Shown here: one piece after another, positions 32,413-55,970 of the stretch
How the letters are laid out: each line of letters begins with the position of its first letter
Numbering within the stretch: the stretch's first letter is position 1
From: Chrysomallon squamiferum
Taxonomy: Eukaryota; Animalia; Mollusca
Length of the DNA: 64,000 bases
Assembly (NCBI GenBank): GCA_012295275.1
Contig: CM022676.1
Coordinates: 744,001 to 808,000 of the forward strand
Direction of reading: 5' to 3'
Notes under the pieces: generated by a model
The model's database searches: none
Told to the model about the DNA's origin: nothing
What the model saw: only the letters and a program-made list of their open reading frames with translations
Position numbers and translations under genes: made by a program

Positions 32413-33107
32413 TACTTAGACATACAAAAAGAGACACAGGGTAATTCCCATTAGAAAAAAAAAGAGAGAGACAAAAGAAATATATATAGATCATAAAATA
32501 AACAAACTATTTCTTGTAAATTCTGTGAAAAAATACAATCATTTATTTATTTATTTATTTATTTATTTACTGATAAACAAACAGTATATATTTTCAGTTT
32601 AAATACGCTGTTCGTTGCTATGCAGACTTAATTTTCGGCGGAATCGCAGTTGCCTGTAAAGTGTTTTTCTATTCTCAGATTTCAAAAAGGGAAAAAAATA
32701 AAAAGTTTGAAAAGTAAAAGAGGCGGGTAGTGTAGGCGGTGGTGTAAAACCAGTTCAGAATTTTTTTGTTATGAAAGACAAAAGTCAGATTATCTCGCTG
32801 GTGTAGTTGCGATCGTCTGTTTTTTCTAAACTTTTGTTATCACATCGTTCAAAACAGTCGTGAAATCCACGAATAGTGTGAATTTACTGATAGTTAGAAT
32901 TATTAAATTGTTTGGTTTTTTTTTTTTTTTTTTTTTTTAGTTTTACTAATGATTTTCTAGAAACTTTGCATTAAATTTGTATAATGTTTTATAGTCTGAT
33001 TTTTAACTACTATAATTTCATTTTAGGCAAAATGTAAAATAAACATTTATACAGAATTCTCAACAATGGTCACTAACACTTAAACACCAGTTAGCAGCAG
33101 CAGCAAC

Positions 33108-33154
<47 letters not shown>

Positions 33155-34259
33155 AATAATAATAACTGATTGACTGTTTTCTTCAGTTACAGAATAATTT
33201 TTATATTTTAACTTTCAAATATTTAATTAGATTTTGTTTCTTTTTTCTTGCTTTTTGATTTCACTATATAAAAATTATAAACCAGTTTTTTTTTTTTCTT
33301 TTAATTAATAGATTTAATTATATTGTTTACATTTTCTTTAGCTTCAAACAAAATTTACTTATTAACAAATATTGAAATAAAATGTTGCTGTAACAGATGA
33401 AATCATTAACTGAAATACGAGGACGTATTACCCCTTCTAAATAACCGACACAAAACTATTTCTATCACAAAGATGGCTTCACTCTTTTTCAAACTGGGTT
33501 AAATCCTAAAAGAACCGAAAACAGTTAACGTTTTGACAGGTCGTGCACAGAGAGGAAATCATTTTTAACAGTGAATAGTCACAGGCTGTAAGAGCACTGG
33601 TTAGATCAGCAAAACAATTAATAACAACACTAGAAACTTTTTTCTATCTCTAATACACTTTTAATTTATTTATTATCTTAAATAAATAAATAAATAAACA
33701 AACAAATATGTCAGTAACCTAAATAATCAATGTTAATAAACAGAGACAAGACAATAAGTATATTTATAAATTATTATTATCATTATTACATATATTTTAT
33801 TATTATTTTACTGTTATTATTATTATTATTATTATTATTGTTGTTGTTGTTGTTGTTGTTGTTGCTGTTGTTGTTGTTTTTGTTGTTGTTGTTGGTGTTA
33901 ATTTAATTGTAGCATTTTTTATCATCACTTATTTTTCAAACTTCATTCCCAACAAAATATTTAAAAAAAAAAATTTGTAATTGCAATATCAAGTAAATTT
34001 ATGAAATTGTGTTGAACTTATTTTAATCTGATTCTCACAGCAAATCTTAAGACATTCACATTGTCAAATGTATGAAGAAAACAAAAATTTATTCATACTG
34101 AATTAATAAATCTGTTGTAAAAATTAATGAAATTCATATAGCAGCTAAAATAACAGATTTTAAATTTAATATAAAAATACAGCAGACTTAGTGTGGTGTG
34201 TAAAACTGTCTCACGCAGTAAAATGTAAAACTCTGTACACGACATCTCCAACAGCTGCG

Positions 34260-34982
34260 AGTTAACATCACTGAATTACATAGGTAGTGTTACACTAGTT
34301 ACATAGGTAGTGTTACACTAGTTACTAGATTATCCACAACCCAACTGAATTACATAGGTAGTGTTACACTAGTTACATAGGTAGTGTTACACTAGTATCC
34401 ACAAACATACAGTTAACATCACTGAATTACATAGGTAGTGTTACACTAGTGATTATTACAGTTAACATCACTGAATTACATAGGTAGTGTTACACTAGTT
34501 ACATAGGTAGTGTTACACTAGTTACTAGATTATCCACAACCACATACAGTTAACATCACTGAATTACATAGGTAGTGTTACACTAGTTACATAGGTAGTG
34601 TTACACTAGTTACTAGATTATCCACAACCACATACAGTTAACATCACTGAATTACATAGGTAGTGTTACACTAGTTACATAGGTAGTGTTACACTAGTTA
34701 CTAGATTATCCACAACCACATACAGTTAACATCACTGAATTACATAGGTAGTGTTACACTAGTTACATAGGTAGTGTTACACTAGTTACTAGATTATCCA
34801 CAACCACATACAGTTAACATCACTGAATTACATAGGTAGTGTTACACTAGTTACTAGATTATCCACAACCACATACAGTTAACATCACTGAATTACATAG
34901 GTAGTGTTACACTAGTTACATAGGTAGTGTTACACTAGTTACTAGATTATCCACAACCACATACAGTTAACATCACTGAATT
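34260..34982. repeat. Higher-order tandem repeat: about 88-bp unit with a nested 23-bp TTACATAGGTAGTGTTACACTAG subunit
   Basis: About 8-9 units, each carrying 1-2 subunits. Confidence 0.93.
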
Positions 34983-35092
34983 AACACAACACAAGGGCGA
35001 GGCAAATTCATAACACATCAGATAGTCTTTGCATACACACCTGCTACTGTTTTAAATGTTTTCTTTTCAGAGTTTAACCTTTCTTTACGTTC

Positions 35093-35139
<47 letters not shown>

Positions 35140-35822
35140 TTTTACAAATTAATTTCAAACAAACTATGCTAAATTGAATCAGAGTTAAAATATATTCTTT
35201 TTTTAATTATTCATTTCTTTGTTTAGATGAAACATGTTGTTATTTCAAAAATTATATTCTTGTAAAGATAAAATATGTTTTAAATATAAACACTCTGAGG
35301 TTTAACAAGTTGATTCCGCCGCTGTCTGATATAAATTTCAGTATAAATTGCTGCGTTATTTTCTCCTTGTTTATAATCTTCTTATTACATAGGTAATGTT
35401 ACATGTTATTGTTTCATCTGTTATGTAACCAGTACAAGGTTAATTAACAGTTTCTCTGCGAGTGGGCACAGACTAAATTCATAAGAAAAACAACACAGTC
35501 AGCTCGATCTGGTACATCGCAGAAAAACAGCCGTGAAGCGAGACTTGGTTTATACACAAAAAATAGAAAATAAGAAGTGAATGGGTTTGTTCACCAGACG
35601 CTGTTTCTACAGTGTTTATCTACCACTCTTTGAATTAACACACTTTTAAAGAACAACGACCCTGGCACATTTTGTGGGCCTTGTTTTTCTTTTCTTTCTT
35701 TTCTTTTTTTTTTTTTGTCTTTATTGAATAAAGTGAATTAATACTGTTAAACAGAATAGTCATTTAAAACTACAATTAATTTATAATAACTGGTTTTCTG
35801 AACTCCAGCTTGACCTTATTCT

Positions 35823-35912
<90 letters not shown>

Positions 35913-35971
35913 GTCAATTTAAATGTTAGATCAGACGTCTTTCAAAATTCCATAAATATCTTCAAAAAGAG

Positions 35972-36092
35972 AAAAATTCTCTTTGCAAGTTGCACAATAA
36001 ACATTAGTTAAATATTTCAACATCTAACGCGTAGCTGATATTTGAGAAATAATTAGCTAATGTTTATTGTGCAGCTTGCAAAGAGAATTTTT
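35972..36092. repeat. Near-perfect inverted repeat or hairpin, arms about 47 bp, MITE-like
   Basis: AAAAATTCTCTTTGCAAGTTGCACAATAAACATTAGTTAAATATTTC ... GAAATAATTAGCTAATGTTTATTGTGCAGCTTGCAAAGAGAATTTTT, with about 3 mismatches. Confidence 0.88.
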
Positions 36093-36577
36093 GTTCTCGT
36101 ATTAAACGTTCTGCATGGGATATTATTAGGAAAAGTCAGCTTCCAGCTCATCAGTCACTAGCACTGAACCAAATTCTCTGTGGACTGTACAGTTACGTGT
36201 TCACGTAAAGTTAAAGTCTACCTTCAGTGATACGAAACAAATAATCTAAACTTAGTTAGCATACTTCCAAGTGATGTTATTTTTATCTTTATTATTACAG
36301 TTTTTCTTTATTTCAGTATTTTTTAATAATGAAGTTACAATGTAAAAATCAATACCATAGTCCTGCCATTTTTCTGACGTTTAACTCTAAAGCTTTATTT
36401 CTTGTTTCACCTTTTATATTCATTTTTTCATTTTTTTATTTTTTTATTTTAGTTTCTAATGGAAATGTTTCATCAAGCTTCTATCAAGTGAAAATTACTA
36501 TCACACTGTCACAGTACTGGGTTTGTAGACAGGCAGTTAGATATCAATCCAATAATATGCCAATTCATATTACAGTT

Positions 36578-36699
<122 letters not shown>

Positions 36700-38328
36700 G
36701 TGAAAAATATAACAGATACTTCTTATAAAGAAATATATACTAATCTATTTCTTTAATAAACTATTTTCAATGTTTAATTTATTGCTAAATTATTCTTATT
36801 TTTGTAACGATACTTAGACTGATCTGCATTTCTTTGAATACAGTCTTATTCTTCCGTTTTTAAATTCATATTCATTTTACTTTTTTGATATTTTACTGTC
36901 ATTAAGCGACATATATGTGTATTTTTCACTGGACAGTACATACCAACACTCTGATGTACCTCTGTGGTTCGCTACTTGGGAAGGTGATGCTTTTATCGTT
37001 GATTCTCAGATTTAACTGTTCGGACGTTCCCGTCAAGATGCTGGCGGGTGAAAAAAATGACGACCTGGTGATCCTAAGACACGTGGACAAATTGTTAAAC
37101 GTCTGTGTAAACAGCTCATATCAAAATTAACTTGAAACATATTTGCACAGATTTTTATTTCAACTCATTCAGTATAGCGATAATACCCCAGAGTAAGTTG
37201 CACATTTGATACACTGACCGAGAGACCTTTACTCAGAGGTGAAATATTCTGTTTCAGTTCATCTCTTTGTATAAACCGTTAAGTGCAGACTTTAGACTTG
37301 CTGATTTAAGATCGAATGACAAAGACGTTTTCTCCTTTCAAAGTTATCGGTTAGTTCAGACTTAGAACGTGCATCAGATTAGTTCCGTTGTTATAAGTTC
37401 AAAGCATACTAAAGCTATGTTAGTTTCGGGATTAAACAGTCTTGGAGAAATTTGCAACCACTGTGTGACTTATATAGAAGGAAGAGCTGAACTTCTTCTT
37501 CAAGTTAATAAGTAACTAACATATTAATGATCAGAAATGTACTAACAGTCACAAAGAAGGGACGCGGTACCTCTCTGCTAGGAAACAAAACTGTTGTAAT
37601 CTTCGATTTAAAAATAGGATACAGAAATAGTGCATGACTACAGTTCTAGAATCACAACCGAGTGCGTTTTTTATTAGGTTTTCTTCTTTGTAGGCTTTTT
37701 CTCGCCACAACCCGGTTCAAACCTGTTTTATTTGTATTATTTTGTTTATTGTTATAATTTATTTTATTATTATCAGTTTGAAATATACTGAATGATGTAA
37801 GTTGTTTTATGATGTAAGTTGTTTTCCGCCGTGAAAGCTCACTAAACTAGTGTAGCGTAATATGGTAACCGTATTATTCCTGCTGCTGCTATTACTACTA
37901 CTACAACTGCTACTACTACTACTACTACAGCTGTCACTACTTCTCTTTTTTGTTATTAATGTGACTGCTTATGACTACTGCTGCTACTATTAGTACTCGT
38001 GGTACTACAAAATTACCATAGTTACCCCCATAATCAGTAATATTACTCTGCCTGCTCAACTCCTACTACAGTTAATTATTTTTTATTTTCTTTATTTACT
38101 TATCTAGAAAAATAAGTAATTACTATTGATAGTACTGTAATACAGCTTAATGGTATCATTATTTTTATTTTATTTTATTATCTTTTTTTTTTTTCTTTTT
38201 TTAATTTCTTTCCATATTAACTTTCAGAAAGTACGATGGTTGTGATGGGAGCGAGTATCAAGACAAAGATATTAAATATATACGAATGTGCCTGAATTTT
38301 AGTTTCCAGAAAGAAAACGCTACAAAAC

Positions 38329-47307
<8,979 letters not shown>

Positions 47308-47623
47308 CTGTCGATGTGACTGTCTTACAAAGTATATCGCTTAATGCAGTTTGCCTACAAGCTTTAGTCGTTCCAGATCGCATGATGTTTGTGTGTAAAG
47401 ACAGCTGAGTGCGCTGCTCAGCTTTACTCTGTTAATTAACACTGGACTCACTAAACCTTTTTTATACTGGCTGAATTTTTTAATCTTTTTTTTTTTTTTT
47501 TACAATACAACTGATCGCTGTTTGTTAAAATGTCATACAAAAAAAAAAAAAGTTTCTCATAACCGAACAAAATATAGCCCGACCTTCACCTATAGTTTTA
47601 TTTTATTTATTTATTTACTGTTA

Positions 47624-47678
<55 letters not shown>

Positions 47679-48895
47679 TATTAATTAATTAATCTTTTTA
47701 TTTATTAATTTATTTACCAGTATTTATTTTTCTTGAAAGAATAAGGATATTTTAGCAAAGAGAGACTTGTCGGCAAAGTTAATCTATATTATAGTATATC
47801 CACCGACTCTAATTATTATTATTACTATCATCATCATCATCATCATCATTACTAATAGAATTATAATTAACGTAAAATAGACTCATGGGTCTCTAAATAA
47901 ACTTTCATCAGTCTGGTATTATTCACTGCTGTTTATTATTGTGTAGCACGATTACATTATTTGTATGAAATAAATTTTATTTGTATATATATATATATAT
48001 TTTTTAAAGAAAACGAGACAAAAATCTCTTGCAGAGTTATATCTGATTTAAAACTCCATAAATGTAGTTTTTTTGTTTGTTTTTCTGTTGCTGTTTGTTT
48101 TGGTTTGGTTTTGTTTTTTTTTTTTTTTTTTTTTTTTTTTCTGACCAAACGGTTTAAACGTTAATTTATTTATTTATTTATTTATTTCATGCAGTATATA
48201 AATTATTATCGACAATTTGCATTGTAAATAAAACTATTACACGAAGAGTTGTTTCCCCTGATAGTTTATTATAGCTGGCTAAGACCAGTGTTTACGTTGA
48301 TATTATAAATGTAATATATTTGTTTTCGATAATTTACTGTTGATATTGTTACTAATAACTACTACTACTTCTCCTACTGCTAATACTACTGTACCCATTT
48401 GTGTTATTATATTGTTGTTACTATCGGCATTAGTACGTGTATTATTATATAAGTATATCGTTTATGTTACTGTGTGACAATCTGTTGGACAGTTTGTTTA
48501 GTTCAGTATAAACTCAAACGCTACAGGTGAATATTATAAATTGATTCTTTTGTTTTAGTTTTTTTTTTTTTTTTTTGACATTCAGTGCTTTTAATGTATA
48601 AAAACTGATTTTTTTTAACTTTGGTATTTACAGTTTACTCATAGAAAGAGAGAGCATAGGTGTATATATATACATACACATATATACCATTTTAATCTTT
48701 TTATATATCGTATTTTAAAAGTACATAAAATATTAGTATCGATCTTCCAAATATGTCCATGTCTTCTTTTTGGAATGAAATCAGCTTTAGTTGTTACAAC
48801 GCTGTAGTTTTTCTTCTTATTCTTCTTCTTTTCCTTTTTCTTCTTCTTCTTTTTCTTCTTCTTGCTGGCTTTCCTTCTTTTTATTTTGAATTAAT

Positions 48896-51547
48896 TCATA
48901 TCGGAAATAGTGGTGCTTTGTTTATTTCGGTCGGGGTTAGAGCAGCAGCTAGAAAGTCAGCAGACGACATTGTGCTATGTCTGGACGGGTCAGAATAATG
49001 TTTCTGCATTTTGAGCAAAACATGAAAGTTAAATTTGTATGTGTATCGCTTCCCTTGTACTTTGTTCAAAATTAGTCTGTCGTAATAATAGCGTAACGCC
49101 CGACTCACTTTGTCGTAAGTCATGTTTCGTCGATTACGACGCAATCCCCAGCGATTCGCTACCTCGTCCGGGTCAACCATTCGGAATTCTCCGTCGTGTC
49201 CCTCCCACTTAATACAGCTCTCATTTTGTTTGTCTGATAGAAGTTCAAGTAAAAACTGCCACAACTGTACCTGTCCTCCACCTGAAATTATTAATACATC
49301 TACATAAATATTAATTATTTATTATCATTATACCCGATGTAATAATATTACTATCATCGTCATCATTATTATTTATATATATTTTTTAAAATATATATAT
49401 GATTATACAAATGTGAAAGAATAGAATCAGTTGGCAACAGCTAAGAATGATTCCAGTTACGTTTTCTACAAACTCTTTATTACAAGCTGATTCAGAAAAA
49501 TGTTCATGTAAATTTAGTTTTGTCAAGACTTAAAGGAAAAAAACTTTCAGAAATAATATATGTCTATGATGACTAAATCAGAGAGAGATAAATCCAGCTG
49601 TGAGAATTGAAATAAAAAGAAGAAAAAGAAAAAAAACTTAAATAAAATTAAAAACATTTTAACGTTATGCAGGAGAAAAAGAGGGGATTTTATTTACAAT
49701 AAAAACAACATCCATAAGACTGCAACCCAGAGTCAACAATATTTATTGACATAAACATATACACGTTTTTCTTCCAGACATCTTAGAGGGAAAAGGTGAG
49801 CTGGTAATTTCTTTATAATAAACAAAGGAACCTTTTCAACAATAGTGAAAACAACACAAACTGGCTTTATCTCTGAGAGTATATACCTGCTAACAGCAAA
49901 GACGCTATATTTCGCAGATCAGCATCTGTTGTTTTGTTAGACTTTTCCAACTTTTTAACTGAAAAACAAAACCATATCTAAATACCAATTATAGAATTGG
50001 TTAATAAGTAAGAAGAAGAAATTTATCTAATTATAAATTCATTAAGCGGTACTATCCTTGAATGTATGTATTAAAATAATAATAAAATAAATATAATTAA
50101 TTACTAATCATAAAAGTCATTAGATTCTGCTGTCTATAAATTTATTAAATTAAATTTCATTTTTAAGTTTTCCGGATTTTCAGTTTTTCCGAATTAAAAT
50201 CAACAAATTCCTCTGAGCTTATGATTATGACATTTCTAGACAAATCATGCGATTCAAGGAATTTAATAAATTAAATTAAATACATTAGTAAAAATGAAAT
50301 ATGTTTACAACACAGTTTTCAATAAAAATCAGATTATTATTTAAACAGAAAGTTTTCTCATAATTTAAAAGAAGATATTTTTGAAATTTATGCAGATTTT
50401 ATATCTGTTAAAATGCGTAGATACGCGTAAACAATATATTAAATTAGTCAGCTACAGAAGTTGTCTTTTTTTTTTTATAGTAGTGTTTCACCTATGAAAT
50501 TATAGAAGAAATAAGGAGAAACAAACAAACAAACAAAGAACGAAAACCTTATTTTCCTTTGGTTTTGTATACAGAGAGTGCAAAAATGTTTTACCTATTG
50601 ATGCCGTCCGCTCACAAATCTTTGTTTCAGTTAAGTTTCGACTTTCATCCAAACCTGACAGGAAAAAAGAAACACAAATAAAATGAAGGAATAACGAACT
50701 AGTGAATGTTTAAACCTCTTTCAATACTTATGTAACAGAAATTACATATTTTAAATACACCATTGTGTTTATTATTGTAATTTTATTATTATCAATATTA
50801 TTTTTTCAATAGAACTTTTTAGTAGAAAGTAGATATAACCACAAATTGTAAGAAGTGTAAAAGAAGAATATGACCCCATATCAGATAACGCTGAGTTTCA
50901 TCTTCTTTTATTTTACAGTTTCAACGTAAAATAAGTGCAGTGTTGTTTTTGTTTGTTTGTTTGTTTTTGTAAAGTTCATTCAGTTTCTAGTTTCAAGCGA
51001 ATTTCACAGTTCATTGTATATAAACCAGTCATGCGTCTCGAACATCAAAATAGAAACAGAGATATTACAACAATATTTAATTTAAACAGCTTGTTATTTT
51101 ATACTTTATTATCAGCAACAAAAAAAAAAAAAGGTATCAGTTAATAGAAGCTGTTTTAATATAAATTGTAATAAATCGTGTCAGATTACCGAAGTCTGAA
51201 TGGTTCACAATACACTCCATGATGTCGTTTAGCAGACTGGATGTTTGAATTTCGTCACGGCAACCACTTCGTTCTGTGTCAGGCCAGCACGTCTGAACGT
51301 TATAAACCTGATTTTCCGTCGACTTCATTTCCATGTGTTCCTCGTAAGAAGGGGGCCGTTTTAGATGACAAGGATCAACGGGCTGAAGGTCAGTTATTTG
51401 ATGACAGTAAGAAAAGTCCGGTGAATACGACTGGCTGTCTGTTGTAGCACTGCACGTGTAACTGTCCAGTGGCTGAAGATATTCATTGTTATAGGGAACA
51501 AAGTTGTTCGCAGCAGACGAGAACATATAATAATCCAGAGCCGACAT
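48896..51547 (-). CDS. ETS-domain transcription factor, ERG/FLI/FEV(Ets21C)-like, about 267 aa, no pointed domain seen
   Basis: Exons 51190-51547 (MSALDYYMF..., contains PPSY), 50595-50654 and 48896-49281 ([17 protein letters not shown]...[20 protein letters not shown]...[15 protein letters not shown]...[13 protein letters not shown]). GT-AG junctions, both introns phase 1. Confidence 0.9.
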
Positions 51548-52140
51548 TTTATAATGGAACAATAGCCCTGAAACAGTAACAAATACAGTCAACAGTCCAA
51601 CAAAGACCAAAATAATAATAATAATAATAATAAATTAATTAATTAACTAATTAATAAATAAACAAATATTTAAATAAATAATCAACAAAAAACAATAACA
51701 GTGGTGTAAATGTAATTAAATAATAATAATAAACACAAAGCATAAACTCTTTCTCTCTCTCTGTGTATGTGGGTGTGTGTTCCTCTTCCTTTCATTTTGG
51801 ATGTAATTACCTAGATGTATTATAAACCTCCTCCCACTACTTGTTACATAAATGAATGCAGCATCGTGAGTCACGAGACTAACACATAAATACATGCATC
51901 CTACATTCCTGACCCGTGATAACATGCAGCGCACGATCTTATACATTTACACTGTGTTTCGTTTTACAGCCTTCTTTTAGTTTATTATTATTTCTAAGAG
52001 CTGTTTACTATAAAAGAAATATTATTGTGGAGTTATATATTTGTTCTTTATTAAACTAGATCTAATATCATTATTGTTAGTGTTACTGTTTTACTTTTCA
52101 TTTCTTTTAATTATAAAAGTAGTAGCAGCAACAGTAGCAT

Positions 52141-52175
<35 letters not shown>

Positions 52176-52281
52176 TTAACGGAGACTAAAAGTATTTACA
52201 GAATAGTATTTGCAGGATAATATAACTTCAACCAATATTACTACAGAATATATTTCTAATTAATAAGAAAAAAGAAGAAAA

Positions 52282-52313
<32 letters not shown>

Positions 52314-52366
52314 AAATGAAAAGAATTATGTAAACAAACGAAAAGAAAACGAATTTCTAATCTTTC

Positions 52367-52447
<81 letters not shown>

Positions 52448-52747
52448 CGTGCCTGCTGCTGAATAAGCTAATTTTCTAAAAAAAAGTTCATAACTGTTTC
52501 ATTTTCTGTTTTTAATGCATGTTACAACATATGTCTGTCAATGCGATGCTGTTTTAAAGCTGTACACAAAATTATGAGATTTAAAATAATAATAAATACA
52601 AATATAATTCACAGAAGTAAGCAACATTCAATATTAAAAGATAAACACTACAAACCTTGCCATGCACTGAAGCCGGTCGCTAGGTGGTGAAGTCACTTGA
52701 CCAAGTGTCTTGCTAAAATAATTCTTGTCCTCAATTATACTTCATCT

Positions 52748-52806
52748 CCGGAAAATATGAGTCACATGATCAACAACAGAAATAAACGGGGGTGTGGGAA
52801 ATTCCC
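52748..52806 (-). promoter_or_regulatory. Clustered ETS (CCGGAAA), AP-1 (TGAGTCA) and NF-kB (GGGAAATTCCC) motifs upstream of the ETS gene
   Basis: Motifs at 52748-52754, 52758-52764 and 52796-52806. A TATA-like TATAATT lies on the minus strand near 52733-52739, and there is a candidate donor near 52655. Confidence 0.5.
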
Positions 52807-54949
52807 GCCATCACAACACAACTATATTTTCTATCTGTTTTAATCCTGTCTGTGAACACATCTCAACAGTGGCGCTTTATGCGGACAATGTCGCAGAGTC
52901 CGCGAGAAGTTTCCGCACCTCAAAAATAGAATTGTAACCAAAGATGCACGTGTTATACACAGTTATTTCACACAGCTGTCGTCTGCTTTGTTTTATCAAG
53001 TGTGAAAAGTCATACAGTACTGGAACTGTGTATTTAAATTATTCGTTTATGTATCAGTTCATTCACGTTTAACAAACCTAGATCCTGTCAGAAAACCACA
53101 ATTCAGGTGTTTTTGTCAAGTGTGAATTCCAGCGATATCTGTGATGATGATAGTAAGAGTAGTTGTAGAAGTAGCATACTAATAGTAACTATATGTGTTA
53201 ATGTATTATTGTTGTTATTGCTGTTGTTGTTGTAGTCAGTGTTGTTTCAAAAGAATAAAAATAAGAAAGAACAAAAGTATATAAAATAATGTATCTAAAT
53301 TTAATCCTATCTTTCATCAAAAGTTAAAAAATAATAATCCTTCTTATGTATTGTTTCTATGCAAACTTGTATATGCTGAGGATTTTTAAAACTGAAATAT
53401 GAAGTTCAAAATTACAGTTAAAAATACATTTAGAGGGTTGTTAGAATGGAAACAAAAAACAAACCAAAAAAATGAAGAAGAAAAAAAGGTCATAATATAG
53501 TTGACGCTGATCAGACGATTGAATTTCAGTCTACTGAGATCACATCTTGTTTTCTGATCTTATCGACAAAGCTGTTTTAGAAATGATTTCACTGACTGAG
53601 ACGGGTACTGAAATGAGAAAGCTAGCTGAGTAGCTAACCTCACAATAAAGCTGTTTTATTTTTAAAGGCAAACACGTTAATAAAAACTGTAAATTTCTAA
53701 CCCTATGCAGTTGAATATCGACTACTTTTCAGAGCATTGTCGTTTTGTTGATTCGTATGCTATGTATAGCAAGTAAATACGTATAAAACGTGGTCTCAGG
53801 GGATTGTATTTTTTTAACTTTAAAATATTTTTAAAATTTCGTATCTTTTTTCAGTTCCATTACATCTTCATCATAAGTTTAAATTGAATGTTTCTAGAAA
53901 GTTTATAAGATGAAGCTGCTTCACTTCTCGGTTACGTCAGGACAAACTAAGAAATTTGTAAAGTTTAGCTGTTGCCTGGCGCACACCAGACGGCTCAGCT
54001 CACCCTCCCACCTACACGATGTATGACGTCATCTTGAAAATCAGCCGCCTCCAGTTTTCCTAGAGGCGTGGTTAATGCTGAGTTTGTGGCATCCGACTCT
54101 AAAACAAGAATTAAAAACGTGTCCATGGTACTTTCCACCTGTGTCAGGACAGACTCTTGTGTAAGTCCATTACTGATTTCCTCTACAGTGTCACCATAGC
54201 TTGAGAAGTCTAAGACTTTACTGGAATTGTAGATATGCATTAGAATTTATAATGTTACTGTGCTAACAAATAAATTATTTTAAAATGACATTGAGTTTCA
54301 TATTTTCTGAAACAGAAAAAATTGGCTGATGTGGCCAAAAACGTCCCAACCCGAAAAATCCCAGTAAACTCACAGATGACCAAATATTCTACATTTTTAG
54401 ACAAATACAGACTGTAGTTATGACTTGGTGGAAAATGTGCATAATGCACGTATACATGTAGTTAGGCAGGCAGACAGACAGACAGACAGACAAACAGATA
54501 AATAGATAGATAATTACAAAAGTACCGTTGTTTTCATATAAAACTGAAAACTTTATTGTTTTTGTTACTTCATCGCAACAATTTCAATTTTTATTATTAT
54601 TATTAATATTATTATATTTATGAGTCGGACTGGTTTCTCGGTTGCTCGGTGAAGACGATTAGACCCTAATTAAACAATGGACGCAGTGTTTACTTTGTTG
54701 TAAAGGAAACTGTACAGTTTCCGAGTGTTAGTAACACAGCGTAATTTGAGCTCGCTACTTTTATATAGCCACTGACTCACCACATTACAACTATTTAATA
54801 AAGCCATTAGCATCGGCTGAGAGCACCTATATTGGCAGATTAAGCCGAGGTATGAAAATCTTACACTCAAATGAAAAACAAAATAAATATACACAGATAC
54901 ATTTAGCGGCTGTTACTCGGATGTAATTCACGAAGCTGAGTCACTACCA

Positions 54950-55170
54950 TAGAATGATCATGTAATAATAGTCTTGTAAACAATAGTAACTACGTTAGAA
55001 TGATCATGTAATAATAGTCTTGTAAACAATAGTAACTACGTTAGAATGATCATGTAATAATAGTCTTGTAAACAATAGTAACTACGTTAGAATGATCATG
55101 TAATAATAGTTTTGTAAACTGTAGTAACTACGTTAGAATGATCATGTAATAATAGTCTTGTAAACTGTAT
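54950..55170. repeat. 46-bp tandem repeat, about 4.8 copies
   Basis: TAGAATGATCATGTAATAATAGTCTTGTAAACAATAGTAACTACGT. Confidence 0.93.
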
Positions 55171-55970
55171 CTTGTTTACGTCATTTTCAGAAGTGTGTAT
55201 CTGCCCTGTTAATAGCAGAATCGTGAAGCATGAATTATTTGATCAAAGACAAACGAGGGCGATAATGTAAAAAATGATCATGTATATAGTCTTGTAAACT
55301 GCATGAGAATTTATGAGAATATGAATGAATTATTCTCAAAGACAAACGAGTATGAATGTGGTCTATATGTATGTGTGTGACTGTTAAAACACTGAAACTG
55401 CACAGTTTTGATCAGTTACGTTAGTGTAAAGAATAAATAAATAAATAAAATACAAAATAAAAGGAAATATAAATTAAAAGACAAATTACCAATAACTGTC
55501 AAAAACATTTTGGCAGTAAATAACTGTCTTTTGTTTCTGTATCATTATTTAAATAAAGAATTAAAAGAATGCATAAATATTTTTAAATATCTACCAACAC
55601 ACATGCATCTTTTATTCTGGTTAAGTTCCTTCTTTTCAAGAGGTGCATCACATTTATTTGGCCAGCAGCTCTTCTAGTACCCTCCCACTGCATCTGTAAG
55701 TTCTGTACATATTATTATTTTTATTCAGAGACATAACTGAGATTGACATACTTAAAAACAGTGCTCTTTACATGAACAAATATTTTATAAACCCTTAAAG
55801 CATTTCGTAAAAAACGTGCACTTTATTGTACAGAAAACAATTATTTACAGTAGGCTAATCTTATTGTTAAACATGAGTGAACAAGCCGGACTCGTTGCCA
55901 TTCAGAGCTGTTCTGAGGAAACTCGGGCTGGTTGATAGACTAGTTACACGCTCTGTAGTTAAAGTGTAGT

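Noticed and set aside
53700-54450. Possible piggyBac-like MITE and the 81-aa ORF at 53995-54240
   Set aside because: The left end resembles AACCCT, but there is no matching TIR, TTAA target site or recognisable transposase motif.
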